From assembly GCF_036669915.1 (NCBI RefSeq), contig NC_089320.1, forward strand, positions 15,979,874 to 16,043,873: a stretch of DNA of 64,000 nt, written 5' to 3'. How positions within the stretch are numbered: position 1 is the stretch's first letter; every line of letters begins with the position of its first letter. The stretch is from Pocillopora verrucosa. Taxonomy: Eukaryota. Positions 34,840 to 46,665 of the stretch are shown in pieces. The notes under the pieces are model-generated. The model had not been told where the DNA came from and searched no databases. It saw nothing but the letters and a program-made list of their open reading frames with translations. The translations under genes and the position numbers were made by a program.

Positions 34840-35600
34840 CAGATTGTCCAACAAAGCCATTCACAATGTGCAGAATCCAGTCAGAGTGGACAGCTCCTTC
34901 AAAACCTTTCAGCAGATATCTGTTCCACACAAACTTGCTACATGATTTGCTCTTGCTCAAAAAAGGCCTCTCTCTTTTTTGCCTCAATTTCTCACAGTCA
35001 GGGCAAAAGGGAACTTTTCTTTCATCTTTACTGACACAAGAGTCCCTTGCCAGCTCTTGTTTCTGTGTAGAATCAGTTGCTTGTCCTGGTTTCTTTGGTG
35101 ATGACTGAATCTCTTTTGATGATGAAGCAACAACATGATCAGCAGAAAAATCTTGTTTTGTGGTACCAACTTCTGTTATTTCACTCCTCTGATCACATGC
35201 ACTGGATATCACAGTATCTGAAGTTTCAAAATTTCCACTTTGCTCAGTGATCCCATCATTATTTTGAATTTGCACATCACTTGCACCTTTGTCACTTGCT
35301 AGTTCACCAGTTTCTTTACTCCCGCCCAGAGCTTGATCATGTGTTCCATTTTCATTGGCATTCTGAGGATCAGATTTATCTTTTGTGCCCTCTGGCACAG
35401 CTAACAAAGCACATGCATCTTGTGTTGTTTCTTTGTCTAAGTGAGTGCATAGTCCCCAAGCCTGCCATGAATGTGCAGTACTAGAGTAAGCTGGGGGATT
35501 AATGATGGGAGCCATTTGACGCTGGAGGTTATGAGTCAAATCATAACTGTAGCTATAACACAATAAAGAGCAAAAGTTGGAACCAATTGACCACTCAATA
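34840..35600 (-). CDS. FIG4: FIG4 large Sac-domain exon: ..SNFCSLLCYSYSYDLTHNLQRQ..[~130-aa low-complexity acidic/Ser/Thr insert]..KFVWNRYLLKGFEGAVHSDWILHIVNGFVGQS; the 5' (high-coordinate) boundary is unresolved
   Basis: This is the 276-aa ORF 34733-35563. It carries the FIG4 motifs YSYSYDL and (Y/F)VWN..DW(L/I)L(Y/H)I(I/V)(H/N)GF(C/V)GQS. Donor CAATCTG|gtatcc at 34840. The reading frame stays open upstream to about 35640, and I could not place a phase-compatible acceptor. Confidence 0.7.
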
Positions 35601-36189
35601 AGACAAACTTGCAGGAAAAGATCAAAGACAACGTTAGGTCAGATCGTTAATCATGAAAAGCATAGTTGATGGTTGTGCATGCAGATGCCTTTAAGAAATA
35701 GAAAAAGTTGTTACAAAATGTAATGGCTGCTTAGAAGAATGTGTATATTTATTTGTTGAGTTCAATTTTTTCCTTGGTTTTAGATTTTTTATTCTAGGCT
35801 ATTTTTTTTTTTTTGGGTTTAGTAATATTTAAAACAGGAACAAAATTGAACCCCGACATGTACATTCCTCTGTAGATTTAAACCTGCTTATGACTGTATT
35901 CATGTTATTATAATAATAACATATAAAACTCAATACAGAAACAGTGGTCTCTTTTGTCTTGATTACTTTGGCAAAATACAAACTTACAAAGAGAATAAGA
36001 GCTTTACATACCTAAAATAAAAGTTACTAGAGAGATCAACATTCTGAAAGATCTTGACATATCTGAAGAAAGAGAATGTACTCATTGAATATTTTCAAGA
36101 ATTACTCATATCATAATACTGCCACTGGCCTGCTTGTAAAGGAAATAGAAAAAAACATGTTTTCATGTTTTTGCAGTAACAACATTTAC

Positions 36190-36297
36190 TTGCTCTCATC
36201 AGGGTGCTGGAACTTCTGTCTGACGAGTTCATTTGCTATTGGAATTAACTTTGTATCTTCAATTTTATAGATGCTGTGTCCTCCAATCTCAGCCTGC
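36190..36297 (-). CDS. FIG4: FIG4 exon 5: (K)QAEIGGHSIYKIEDTKLIPIANELVRQKFQHPDES
   Basis: ttttacag| acceptor, AA|gtaaat donor. Matches human [28 protein letters not shown]. Confidence 0.8.
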
Positions 36298-37367
36298 CTG
36301 TAAAATGTAATATTTCATATTCTTTTAAAAAGTTAAGTTAAATCAAAAAAGCATTTCTGGGTTAAGCCAAAATTCAGTAAAACAATCATGACAACACCTC
36401 ATATTTCTCTTTAACCTAACTTTTTCATGCACAACTGAGCTCTTTAAACAGTTTACTGTAATTTTTGCAAAACAAAATGAAAATCTGTAAGTTGAGAAAT
36501 GAAAATCTGTAATTTGCAAAATGTAAATCTGTACTTTGTGAAACGAGAATCCCCATGGAAAAACCCACCAGCCATAAGGTTAAATTTGTCAGTTGACCAT
36601 AAGTGTGTATTGCTTATGCAAACTCGCGAAGGTGAAAAATGTAAAATCTCTTGAATGTCGTTTGCAAAATCTTCCTTAAGTTTGGGAATGAATCAGTGCA
36701 TTGGCTAAGAAGAATTGCGCCAATAAGCCATCAAAATGAAAATCTCTAATTTGAAAAATGACCAGACATACACTTAGAAGATGTTGCTGCCAAAGGTGTA
36801 TGCAGCACGTTTCTAAATGAAATATCATGTTTGGTGGGTAAATGAAACTGACTCAAGCTCTTTGATATTCTTAAGCTTCAAGAATTTTTATGATTTGATT
36901 TGCATACCAAAACATTTTAATGGAATAATAATTGAGTATTGCAGTTTTTAACCTTGATATTGGTCACAAAGACTGGTGTGACCTTTTGACACAGAGAAAC
37001 TGAAACTCAAGCTAACTTTACCTCAAGTGAACTTGAGTAAATTTGCCTCCAAAATATACCATCAAAATGAGCTTGAGGAAAACAGTCAGTGAAACAGGCA
37101 TTCTCTTTTCACATTTCACATTTCCTTTTTCAAATTACAGATCTTCATTTCCTTTCATTTTGCAAATTACAGTCAAGCCCTTTATCCCTTAGAGTGACAA
37201 GCATCAAATTCTCTTTCCAGTAATATTGCCTAACCATTCATTATGATGATGAAAACTTTGATTGTTAAACAAATTCTCCTTGTCAGTACCAAAGGAAATC
37301 CATACAAAAGAGTATGGAGAATATCGATATTAATGTAAGGGTGTAAAAGGTTAACAAGTAAACTTAC

Positions 37368-37422
37368 TTCCTTCTCTCTGTGATCAATATGATATAATAC
37401 CCCTCAAGAAATCTCACAAATC
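37368..37422 (-). CDS. FIG4: FIG4 exon 4: FVRFLEGYYIILITERR
   Basis: ctttgcag| acceptor, |gtaagt donor. Matches human FVRFLEGYYIVLITKRRK. Confidence 0.85.
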
Positions 37423-38023
37423 CTGCAAAGAATATCCACTTCACATAAGTTTAAGGAGAAATACTGAACTGTACAGTGCAATAGTCTGTTCTCAAACCTA
37501 GTGGCCCAAACAATCCTGGAGCTGCAGTTAATATCAATTCTGCTCTGTTTTCCTTACAATAAATACATTTTCAGACTCCTAGTGTGAGATTATAGTAGGT
37601 TGCCCAAGAACACTTCACAAAGACTAATTTATTTTAACTAAGACAGTCTGTACCAAGTACAGAGTTGTTCAAGACTTATTCATTATTCTAGGACTCTCTC
37701 TGTCATGCCTGGTATAACAACTCTCATCTATTATATTGGGTCTTTCCCTCCCTGGGTCAGACAAGAAGAAATTTCTTCCAATCTTACTAATACAAGAAGA
37801 GAGGTCAAGAACAGAGGTAAGGGATCAAATGGGAGTTCTTGTTTGTTTGATCTAAAGACAAATATCAAATGGAAGTTCTTGTTTGTTTGATCTCATGACA
37901 AATTCTCAGAACTTAAATTGGAAGAAATGTTTAATAGATAGAGAAGAGAATTAATATTGAGATCTAAGGGATTTAGAGGTGAAAGAGTTGAGAGAAAAAT
38001 AATCTTGCAAGATTAAGACTCAC

Positions 38024-38156
38024 CTACAATACCATAAGCAGATATACTCCTGTGTAGACCTTTATTTGAACTCTCATGTGGTTTGTTTTTATTTGGCAAA
38101 TTGCCAGCATTGATCATGGACAACAAATCCTTGATCTGCCTTTGATTGTACTCAAC
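38024..38156 (-). CDS. FIG4: FIG4 exon 3 (..AYGIVG)
   Basis: Polypyrimidine acceptor ..tttttcttgttag|, donor G|gtgagtc. Ends AYGIVG, like human SAFGVVG. Phase is consistent with its neighbours. Confidence 0.7.
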
Positions 38157-38394
38157 CTAACAAGAAAAATAAAATAAAATAAAATCATGACGCAGTTTAA
38201 GACAAAATCCATTCAGCTCCAATATCTAAGAGGGAACCTGTCATTAATTATTATATGTCCACTTCATACAGCCATTTCTTGTTCAAACAGGACATTTGAA
38301 TTGGACTTGAACATTTTAATTACTACAAATGTAGACCATGTACAGCAGTGACAGTGTCAAGGTTCCAACTTGACAACATAATCACTGCACATTA

Positions 38395-38620
38395 TATGAA
38401 AAGCTGAATTGCACATACATTTTTGATTGGTTCTTGTTCATGATCTACTGAAATGGCATCACCATCCATAACATTTTGCTTTTTTACCATACAAAATAGA
38501 CTCCATGTTGCCGTGGGTTAGTACAATAATAGATCAAAGAAGACTAATGAATGAGGTTAAGGAAAATCAGAGACGCACTCGGCTCATCTGCCTTCTATTT
38601 CTGAACAGATGCACAGCAAC
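38395..38620 (+). repeat. Repeat family X copy, CCAAT module plus 3' module, in a FIG4 intron
   Basis: ..TTTTGATTGGTTCTTGTTC..AATAGACTCCATGTTGCCGTGGGTTAGTACAATAATAGATCAAAGAAGAC..CAGAGACGCACTCGGCTCATCTGCC.. Confidence 0.55.
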
Positions 38621-39514
38621 ATACAATCTATTTGTTTAAGTAGACTAAGCACAACAAAAGCAATGTTTAGGTTCCAACTACTAACAAGATAATCATTGCA
38701 CTTGAAGACCTTGCAAAGCAACAGCAGTTTTTTGGGTTCAACCACCAACATCATGATCATAGCTACACATAGCAGTAGTGGTTTTTCAAATTCTAGTCAT
38801 CCACATAACAAACACTACACTTTTAGACCATGTTCCACAGAGGAAGTGTTTAGGTTCAAAAAATCAACATAACAATTATCATAATGATTTCCTTTCAAAA
38901 AAAAAAATCCAAAACATACTCATGAGCAAAAACCAAGTGCAAATTTTTTGAATTAGAACACAAAATATTTGATGAATTTTAATTTGACCCATGAACATCT
39001 ACATTTGTTGTGATTTGCAGTTCTGTCCAATCCATGATGGGTGAACTGTCCTTTCAAATCAGTCTGTTTGAAACCAATCACATTTGAGACTTGTGTTCTT
39101 GTTTTGAAATAGTCTGCAGAGTATGGCAGAACTCAAAGAGATCTGGTGATTTTGGTGTGCAAAATCTCAAAGAGATATCGTGATTTTGGCATGCAAAATG
39201 GAGGTTTAAAAAAGTACTTGTTTAAGCACCTGCCATACTCTGTGTGACTGGGTTTTGGACAAGAGAACTATTATCTTAAGGGAGGAGGGTATAGATTGTT
39301 CTAACACAAATATCTTAGACACGAAGAAATAAACAGAAGAGAGTAAGGAGAGTTAATAATTAGATCAAAGTAGTGAAAGAGTTAAAGAGATTTCTGATTT
39401 TGATCACTCATATCATTTCAACGCACGGGATCTTTGAGTCGCTTAGGGTGATGACGTTCATAAATGGGTTATTTACTTAAAATAATTCCTAAAGTAAACT
39501 GTTTTGAGACAAAC

Positions 39515-39613
39515 CTTATCGTCGAAAAATACCAGTTCGTACGGTTCAGTCCTATCTATTTTCAAAACACGAAAGCGAGTTTCTGCATTATTCGAGCCAA
39601 CGAGGAAGAACCT
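39515..39613 (-). CDS. FIG4: FIG4 exon 2: [33 protein letters not shown]
   Basis: Acceptor cttgcag|, donor AAG|gtttgt. Near-identical to human [24 protein letters not shown]. Confidence 0.85.
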
Positions 39614-39690
39614 CTGCAAGAAGGACGAAAAAAATTGTTATTATAACATATAACTAGGTTTTTATCTCTTATCCTAAATATGATATTTAC

Positions 39691-39750
39691 CGCTTTCGTC
39701 TCGTAAAGTACAATTCGCTGGGTGCAGCAAATTGAGTAGAGGTCCGCCAT
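39691..39750 (-). CDS. FIG4: FIG4 (Sac3 polyphosphoinositide phosphatase) exon 1: MADLYSICCTQRIVLYETKA; ATG at 39748-39750; donor GCG|gtaaat
   Basis: Translation matches the FIG4 N-terminus (..LVLYETRA..). The start codon is embedded in AAGATGGCGGAC. Canonical donor. Confidence 0.8.
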
Positions 39751-39844
39751 CTTGATATCTTGATGAATGTTATTATTAGATCCCAGGTCTCTCACGGGCT
39801 CCGCTCCGCAACAGAGAATCGATGCGTCCTCTTTGATTCTTTCA

Positions 39845-39846
<2 letters not shown>

Positions 39847-39914
<68 letters not shown>
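39847..39914. repeat. (TA)34 microsatellite, about 95 bp upstream of the FIG4 start codon
   Basis: Direct observation. Confidence 0.98.
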
Positions 39915-39916
<2 letters not shown>

Positions 39917-40264
39917 TATCTGTACTTTCAAAAATCCTCAAGGGTACTTTAGGTGGAAGATGAAAAAGATAGTCTAATGGGGGAGGGGGGTTTAATCCGA
40001 GTCTTCAGTCCGCCTGCTCTCATCTGGTTTTTAAATGTGAACAACGAGTGTACAGGTGGAAACATAGCTCAGGAAGTTGAAATTGCACTCCTTGATATTC
40101 TTGGCAGGGATGTGCTGTCCACGTTCTCCAAATCTTGTCTCAATTTTTTTTAACCAAATCATGCCTCTTTCTAAATCCATTTTCAATTTGAAAATTCTTT
40201 ACTCTTTTGCAGACCAAAACAGCTAAAAAGCCTTCCCATTTGGGTTGAAATGTTCCTATTTATA

Positions 40265-40470
40265 TGACAACCTGAAGTATACATGCATTTTGATTGGTTC
40301 TTCTGTTTGGTAATAGATGATGGAAGACATCAAATTGTTATAAGAATGTCAGTGATCCCCCTAGCATTACCTTGTGTGCCATTTTTTTGTTCTTCTCTTA
40401 CTCTTAGAAACATTCTATGCCTTAGATTTGAAAACAACACAAACTACACCACACCTTGGAAAAGTTAGAC
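40265..40470 (+). repeat. Degenerate repeat family X copy, upstream of FIG4
   Basis: ..TTTTGATTGGTTCTTCTGTTTGGTAATAGATGATGGAAGACATCAAATTGT..GTCAGTGATCC..CCTTGTGTGCCATTTTTTTGTTCTTCTCTTAC.. Confidence 0.5.
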
Positions 40471-40864
40471 TTCAGCCTTATTCACAGAATTGATTAGCTG
40501 ATCAATTTTATTCACAAATGTTCCTATTATTTACTACTGCTTTAAGTAAAGTTCATTCTACATTTCACAACTATTCATGAAATTAAAAATTTTACAAATT
40601 ATTATGAATAAAAAACACAAGATGGTGCAAGAAATAAATTTGTATCTGTCCCTAAATTCAAAACTAGTATTTACTGTATGGTGATAACAGGGATATTTTT
40701 CCTGTATCCTGGAGAGTTGGCCTATAAACATCTGTTAAAAAAAATTGAGTTGTATGCCATGTGAAAACATCTGAACAGCTGGTTTTAAATTGACTGGCCA
40801 GCACAAGGTGGAAAACTGATATATGACTATTATGAAAGAGCAAAACTTCGCTTTTTGATTCCAA

Positions 40865-40965
40865 AGTATTCAAATTAACCCCTTACTTCCAAGGGTGACC
40901 AAGAAATAATTTCTCGTTACAATGTCAATACAATCTCAAGCAGACAAGCAATGAGAATATGGAAA
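40865..40965. mobile_element. Related MITE subfamily fragment (..ccccttacttccaagggtgaccaagaaataatttctcgttacaatgtcaatacaatctcaagcagacaagcaatgag..)
   Basis: About 80% similar to 41883-41975 (..cccccatgagtgaccaagacagaatttctccttacaatatcaatacaagatcaaacagataagtgatgag..). Confidence 0.55.
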
Positions 40966-41450
40966 TTTATAAATTAGGGGATTATTTGTTGATAAATTGT
41001 ATTATAGACAGTACAGAGAATTACTAAAATGAGACTTTGGGAGTGAAAGGAAATGAATGTAAGAGTAATCATTAAACTAGCTGAACAGGGTTCCATCATA
41101 TTTTATTTTTCTTGTAGTACATTCATATCAAATTATGTCTGGCCAATAGTCAACAGAGAAGTTAATAGCATTTTTGCTGCAAATTAAGCAAACTGTTTTT
41201 ACACTCCAAACACCATACAGAGAATTTCATGTTATCTAACCAGAGATGACAGTGGACTACAACCAGTGCCTGGTAGCTGTAGTTTTCAAGCTTTCAAACA
41301 CTTAATCATGTGGTAAACTTTGTCAGAAGGCTACCAAATAATTGTGTTTGATTCCATGCCAAGTACAAGTGGTTTCTTGGCTATTGTCTGGGATAACTAC
41401 ATTGACCTGCTAACATTGGTGATGACTTTGCAAGATTTTATGAAAGGTGG

Positions 41451-41543
41451 TTACTTTTCTGGAGGTGGTTGCTTTTCTCTGTTGGTTCCAAGGACATCTG
41501 TTTCAATATCTGAAAGATCTATATTTTTCTCCTTGATGGCCTT
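41451..41543 (-). CDS. TRIAP1: TRIAP1 exon 2: KAIKEKNIDLSDIETDVLGTNREKQPPPEK*
   Basis: ctttctatag| acceptor, phase 0. Matches human QKAIKEKEIPIEGLEF.. Stop TAA at 41451-41453. Confidence 0.8.
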   Translation of the reverse strand, partial: KAIKEKNIDLSDIETDVLGTNREKQPPPEK

Positions 41544-41882
41544 CTATAGAAAGAGATACAAACATATAAGGACCACAGAAATATATCACACAAGCATTAA
41601 GTCTCTGGAAGAATAACTTGAGATGAACTATTGTCTCTATATATGGCCTAGAATATTGGATGTTGTTGTTGAGCTAACAGAGCCTTGGTTTAGCAAGTGA
41701 TAAAAGTACCTTTGTTATCAAATCAGAGGAGCAAAATTTCAGTTGAGTTGCTCATAGACCAACTCGCCCAAGTCAACAAGCCACACTTAAAATTTCTTTT
41801 CTACTGCCTTTAAAGTAGTGGTCATTGCTACAAAGATCCTTCTCATAATCATTTATTAATCAGCAGTTCACATATACGATTT

Positions 41883-41975
41883 TTGTCATTCACAGTCATT
41901 AACCCTTTAACCCCCATGAGTGACCAAGACAGAATTTCTCCTTACAATATCAATACAAGATCAAACAGATAAGTG
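41883..41975. mobile_element. Second copy of the related MITE subfamily, in the TRIAP1 intron
   Basis: See the 40865 entry. Confidence 0.55.
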
Positions 41976-42611
41976 ATGAGAAAGAAGAAAAATATCAATT
42001 TGGGGATTAGTTGATCCATCAACATCAAAGTGTAACATGACATACATGACAAAAAGAAATTGTAAGATACAAACAAACTGAAAGCTGTTGTTCTGAAGAT
42101 ATCCACATTTCCACAAAGGTGTTAGAAAGTGTCCATGGCATTTAAGTGTTTATGTGTAACGGTATACCAGATACTAAACACTTCAGTTTGTAATGCAACG
42201 GCATAAAGCCAACAAATTGATGTTGAAACTTCAATTATTTTATTATCATTTCATAAGATATCTGACCTTAACTTAAAACAAGACTAATTCTGTAATGAGC
42301 TTGGCTTGTTAAAGTGATTTTATGCATGGATGAGTTGGCGTGGGTGAGCTGGTCCAGGGGCAACTAGATTGGATACCAAGGAGCGCATGCCCACATTGTG
42401 GCTATAAACAGGGACTCGACCCACCCCAGCCCCAACCCCTTCACTTCCCCTTCTACCACTCATCAATCTTCGGTGTGCAACGTAATGTAAGAGAGGCAAG
42501 CTTCTGATTAGAAAATGTTGATGATGATGAACTCATGGAATTCATTGATAACTCGTCTACCCTCGTTAGGAAAAATATTTTCTCTTCAAGGGAAAAATAT
42601 TAAGTATCTTA

Positions 42612-42943
<332 letters not shown>

Positions 42944-43624
42944 ATGGCGGGCAGTCTAACACGAGAGGTGATAACTCTCCAATTTGGTCATTACTCCAAC
43001 TTTGTCGGTACTCACTGGTGGAATATTCAAGAATCTAGCTTCTGCTATGACCCTAGTTCTTCATTTCAACAAGAAATTAACCACGATGTGTTGTTTAGGG
43101 AAGGTTTAACTTTACAGGGCGACCAAACTTACACTCCAAGGTTGTTGGTGTTCGATTTGAAAGGAAGTCTAAAAAATCTACCAAAATATGGAACTTTGTA
43201 TCAGACTCCATCTGACGGCCACGAAACCTTGTGGGAAGGGGCAGTTTCTGTACATGAATCAGAACCAGAACCTAAAAATGAATTTCAAATGGACTTAGAA
43301 GCGGTACTGGAGTCTGAGAACGATCGCGAAACAGAAGTTTCTGTTGACAATAGAACGCTTGATCAGGATCCTGTCGATAAAAACCCAAGAGAAAAGTATT
43401 ATGACCTGGATAAAAATGTCTCTGTGTGGTCAGACTTCTTAGGAACCTGCTTGCATCCGAAATCAATTCAGCTTGTGCGGGATTACCTGCATGGTGGAAG
43501 CACTAGTCCATTTGATGTGTTTGGATACGGACAGTCTGTAGCCAAAGATGAACACTTTTATGATGAGTTTGAAAGCAATCTTCATTTCTTTGTCGAGGAA
43601 TGTGACAGTCTACAGGGATTCCAG
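42944..43624 (+). CDS. MSTO1: MSTO1 (misato, tubulin/FtsZ-like) exon 1: MAGSLTREVITLQFGHYSNFVGTHWWNIQE...ECDSLQGFQ
   Basis: The ORF begins like human [28 protein letters not shown] and ends ..HFYVEECDYLQGFQ. Donor CAG|gttaga. Confidence 0.9.
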
Positions 43625-44217
43625 GTTAGAATTATACCGCTTGGAAAAATGAATTTGTGGTGAGGTCCATAGAGTGTCTGGAAGCTATCAGACCAAAGTT
43701 TTGATCATTTCGCCATTTTGTTCACTTAGTGATTTTGTAAGTTGAGAGAGGTAGTTGTCTGTTTTCAAGTGATTCTTAACGCCTTATGGATTGTAATCCA
43801 GGTCTGTTTAACCTTAATCTGGGTCCTTGCTTCTCAGTGAGGAACAGAATTGATAATAGGAAAACAATCTACTGCCCATTTTCCCTCCCCCTAATATTTT
43901 CTTGCTTTTTTCAATTCCTTCCTTCTACCTCTCCCAACCCCTGCCCCCCTTGACCAGTGATCCGGCCTAATTGCACTTAGGAGCCTGGTGCTTGTCTAGC
44001 TTTTTGTGTGCTTAACTTTCATCTGTTATTAGTTCAGAAAACCTGTGCTACATATGCAATCAATTAGATATAAACTAATCATAGCTCAGCCATTCACACT
44101 TTCCTGTGCCTGAGGCCATCGATGTGTCTGTAGTTTAAGTTTTCTTTGGCTTCATGTGATATTTTCCTATGTTCTGATTGAGCATAGTGAAAACTATAGT
44201 GTTAGTTTTGCACTGCT

Positions 44218-44386
44218 TAACCCCTTAACCCCCAAGATCTGATTGTTAATTCTCTCCTGTATCTGCTACACATTTCCTTTTAAATTAGTTATGAGAAATT
44301 AGTTCTGATTACCTGTTTCCTGAAGAATGTATGGATATTGTAGGGAGAAGTTTTATGTTAATCACTTCTGGGAGTTAAAGGGTTAA
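44218..44386. mobile_element. MITE copy 3, in MSTO1 intron 1
   Basis: ttaaccccttaacccccaagatc...cttctgggagttaaagggttaa. Confidence 0.8.
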
Positions 44387-44478
44387 TGTGTAAGTGTCCA
44401 GCTTCAGTTATAGACACTTCTTTAAGGTCTCTGCAATGTCTGCTCAACTGATGTCAGTTTTATATTTTGTTCCTACAG

Positions 44479-44757
44479 ATATTCTCTGATGTATATAATG
44501 GTTTTGGTGGCATAAGCAGCCAGCTACTTGAAGACCTAAGAGATGAGTATGGGAATAAATCGTTTCTTACATTTGGAGTTACACCAACTGAATTTCCCAA
44601 GGAAGCACATAAAGATGCTGTTCATAGAATCCTGAATTCAGCTCTGAGTTTTGGTCAGTTGGCATTAAACAGTGATCTGTTTGTACCTATGTCACTTGCT
44701 CAAGAGGTGTGGCCACACCTGGGACAAGCCAGGGATTTTCCTCTTTTAGATTACAAG
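44479..44757 (+). CDS. MSTO1: MSTO1 exon 2: IFSDVYNGFGGISSQLLEDLRDEYGNKSFLTFGV...PLLDYK
   Basis: tcctacag| acceptor, AAG|gtgatt donor, phase 0. Matches human [34 protein letters not shown].. Confidence 0.9.
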
Positions 44758-44850
44758 GTGATTTAGTTTCCTTTTATGAGCATTATAGAACCAGTAATCA
44801 TCTCATAAGCAATTGTTTGCTAAGGTATTTTTTTTGTTTTTCTTTCCCAG

Positions 44851-45615
44851 CCTGCTTTGTCATACCACACCAGTGCAGTGTTGGGAGCATGTGTGGACAC
44901 AATCACTATGCCTTACCGGCTCCTCACACCTCAGGCAGTCAACATGAACAGCTTTGTAAATAGTGTGGCATTTGGAGAGAGAAAGATTGCCAGCCTCTCG
45001 TTGACTTTCCCTTTACCCATAGAAGATGCTATTCCTTTGTCGTCCCTTCTAGGCTCTACACTGAGTAGAAATGGAACAGAACTTTTTCAGTCAGTAACTC
45101 CTGGTATTTCACATTCTTCCTCTCTTATATCTCAGTCTTCAGTCATAAGAGGCATCCCTGCTTCTTTCACCCATACACCTCAACAAAACATCCAGTCCCA
45201 GAATTCTGTGTTGCATGAGAACCCATTTGAAGTTTGCACAACTGCTAGTGAAATGGTTCAAACATTTCTGCAAAATTTACACCCTCAGACTCAACCTGTG
45301 TGTTGGAATGTCAATCAAACTTGTATGGTCAAGCCTCCTTTTCCAAATATTTTCGGCTCAAGAGTAACCAATGATGGACTTGTTGTTGATGGATATACAA
45401 GACCAGAGAGTGTACGAGTGAGTCAGACAAGTGTTCTTAGTCGTCTCGAGACAAATTCCGGCATCGCTAGTATGCTTCTGTCATTGATTCAGTGGGCAAA
45501 AAGAGTAAATATCAGTAAGCATCATTTGTTTTTGGAATCAGGTACTGAAGAAGAAACATTTAAAGAAATGCTTGAAGATTTGACTAGTTTGTCTCAGCGT
45601 TACGTGAACCCGTGA
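44851..45615 (+). CDS. MSTO1: MSTO1 exon 3: PALSYHTSAVLGACVDTITMPYRLL...SLSQRYVNP*
   Basis: tttcccag| acceptor. Matches human ..[22 protein letters not shown].. Stop TGA at 45613-45615. The three exons total 574 aa, against 570 aa in human. Confidence 0.9.
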   Translation, partial: PALSYHTSAVLGACVDTITMPYRLLTPQAVNMNSFVNSVAFGERKIASLSLTFPLPIEDAIPLSSLLGSTLSRNGTELFQSVTPGISHSSSLISQSSVIRGIPASFTHTPQQNIQSQNSVLHENPFEVCTTASEMVQTFLQNLHPQTQPVCWNVNQTCMVKPPFPNIFGSRVTNDGLVVDGYTRPESVRVSQTSVLSRLETNSGIASMLLSLIQWAKRVNISKHHLFLESGTEEETFKEMLEDLTSLSQRYVNP

Positions 45616-46465
45616 TACAGTAAAATAGAGAGTTCTTTAAAGAACAGATTCACTTCGTTGTAATAGCCCACGAAAATTTCGCCTGAAAATCCCAGGCAAT
45701 CTCTCATCTCCTGGGTAAAATAACAAATAAAAGGAAGCGTTTCAATTAGTGCTAGAATCTTTTTATCTTTAAATTAAAGAAAGTTTCCTCTGTCTACGTA
45801 TGTTACAATGAAGTGAAACCAAAATCTTTAGATTCAGTGACTGAAATTTCTCCTCGGTGAAATAATGCATCTTTCCCACGAAAATTGATAAGGCTTTTAG
45901 GAATTGGCAACGTCTCACGATTTTTACCTATAGGTCTCAGACTGCGATAGACGTTTGCTTCTGGTTGTTGTAATCTACATGAAACGACTTCCTAAGTTTG
46001 CGCACTATCTTACCGGTCGGCTGCGATGTACACCCTGTAGGAAAACTCCGGCTTTAAAACCACCTTATCCACTTTCTGTGTCTTCGACGGAAGAACAAAT
46101 TAGTTTGAACTGTTTCTGCCAGTTAAAAGAATTGTTTTTCTGTGCGAATCAGTGTAGCAGACATCTCAATACTAAACGGAAAAAATGACGTTTGAATCGA
46201 CGGATTGTACGCCACAAAGATCTACGTCAAGCGCGAGAAAAGAAATGCACGCGCGCGGTAGTTAGGGTCGCTTTACAAAATTCATTTAATCCATGATAAA
46301 GTGTTTTAATTTACAAATAAAAAAAAAGCTCGAGATACTAGTGCTGAGCCTTGATTTTGCCCCAACAGATGAATGTAAAGGTTTCACTTGCCATCCCATT
46401 CTCACGGTACTTATTTACAGAAAAATACCCGTAATTGGCGTGGTAATTTGTTATGTACTTAAGGA

Positions 46466-46665
46466 AAGTTTAGACTACGAGCAGTGCCATCTTTAAGGCG
46501 ACGTCCGTCGGGGGAGTGAAAAAGAAGAAAAAAGAATAAAAAAACATTCAAGGAAAAAAAAAGATCTTATCGAACTGCGTGGAACTCTGGGAGGGCTGAA
46601 TTCTTTAGACTCGCGCGACGGACCCGCCGAAAAGGAGGGACTGCTCGTAGTCTAAGAAGCGTTAA
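46466..46665. repeat. Long imperfect palindrome: arms of about 50 bp (46466-46520 and 46608-46665) around an ~87-bp A-rich spacer
   Basis: The left arm TTAGACTACGAGCAGTGCCATCTTTAAGGCGACGTCCGTCGGGGGAG matches the rc of the right arm TTAGACTACGAGCAGTCCCTCCTTTTCGGCGGGTCCGTCGCGCGAG. Confidence 0.8.

Noticed and set aside
39953-40153. Plus-strand 66-aa ORF divergent from FIG4 (MEDEKDSLMGEGG..).
   Set aside because: It has no splice or homology support. It lies in promoter-region DNA next to a degenerate repeat family X copy.
41320-41616. 98-aa plus-strand ORF.
   Set aside because: It is antisense to TRIAP1 exon 2 and has no homology support.
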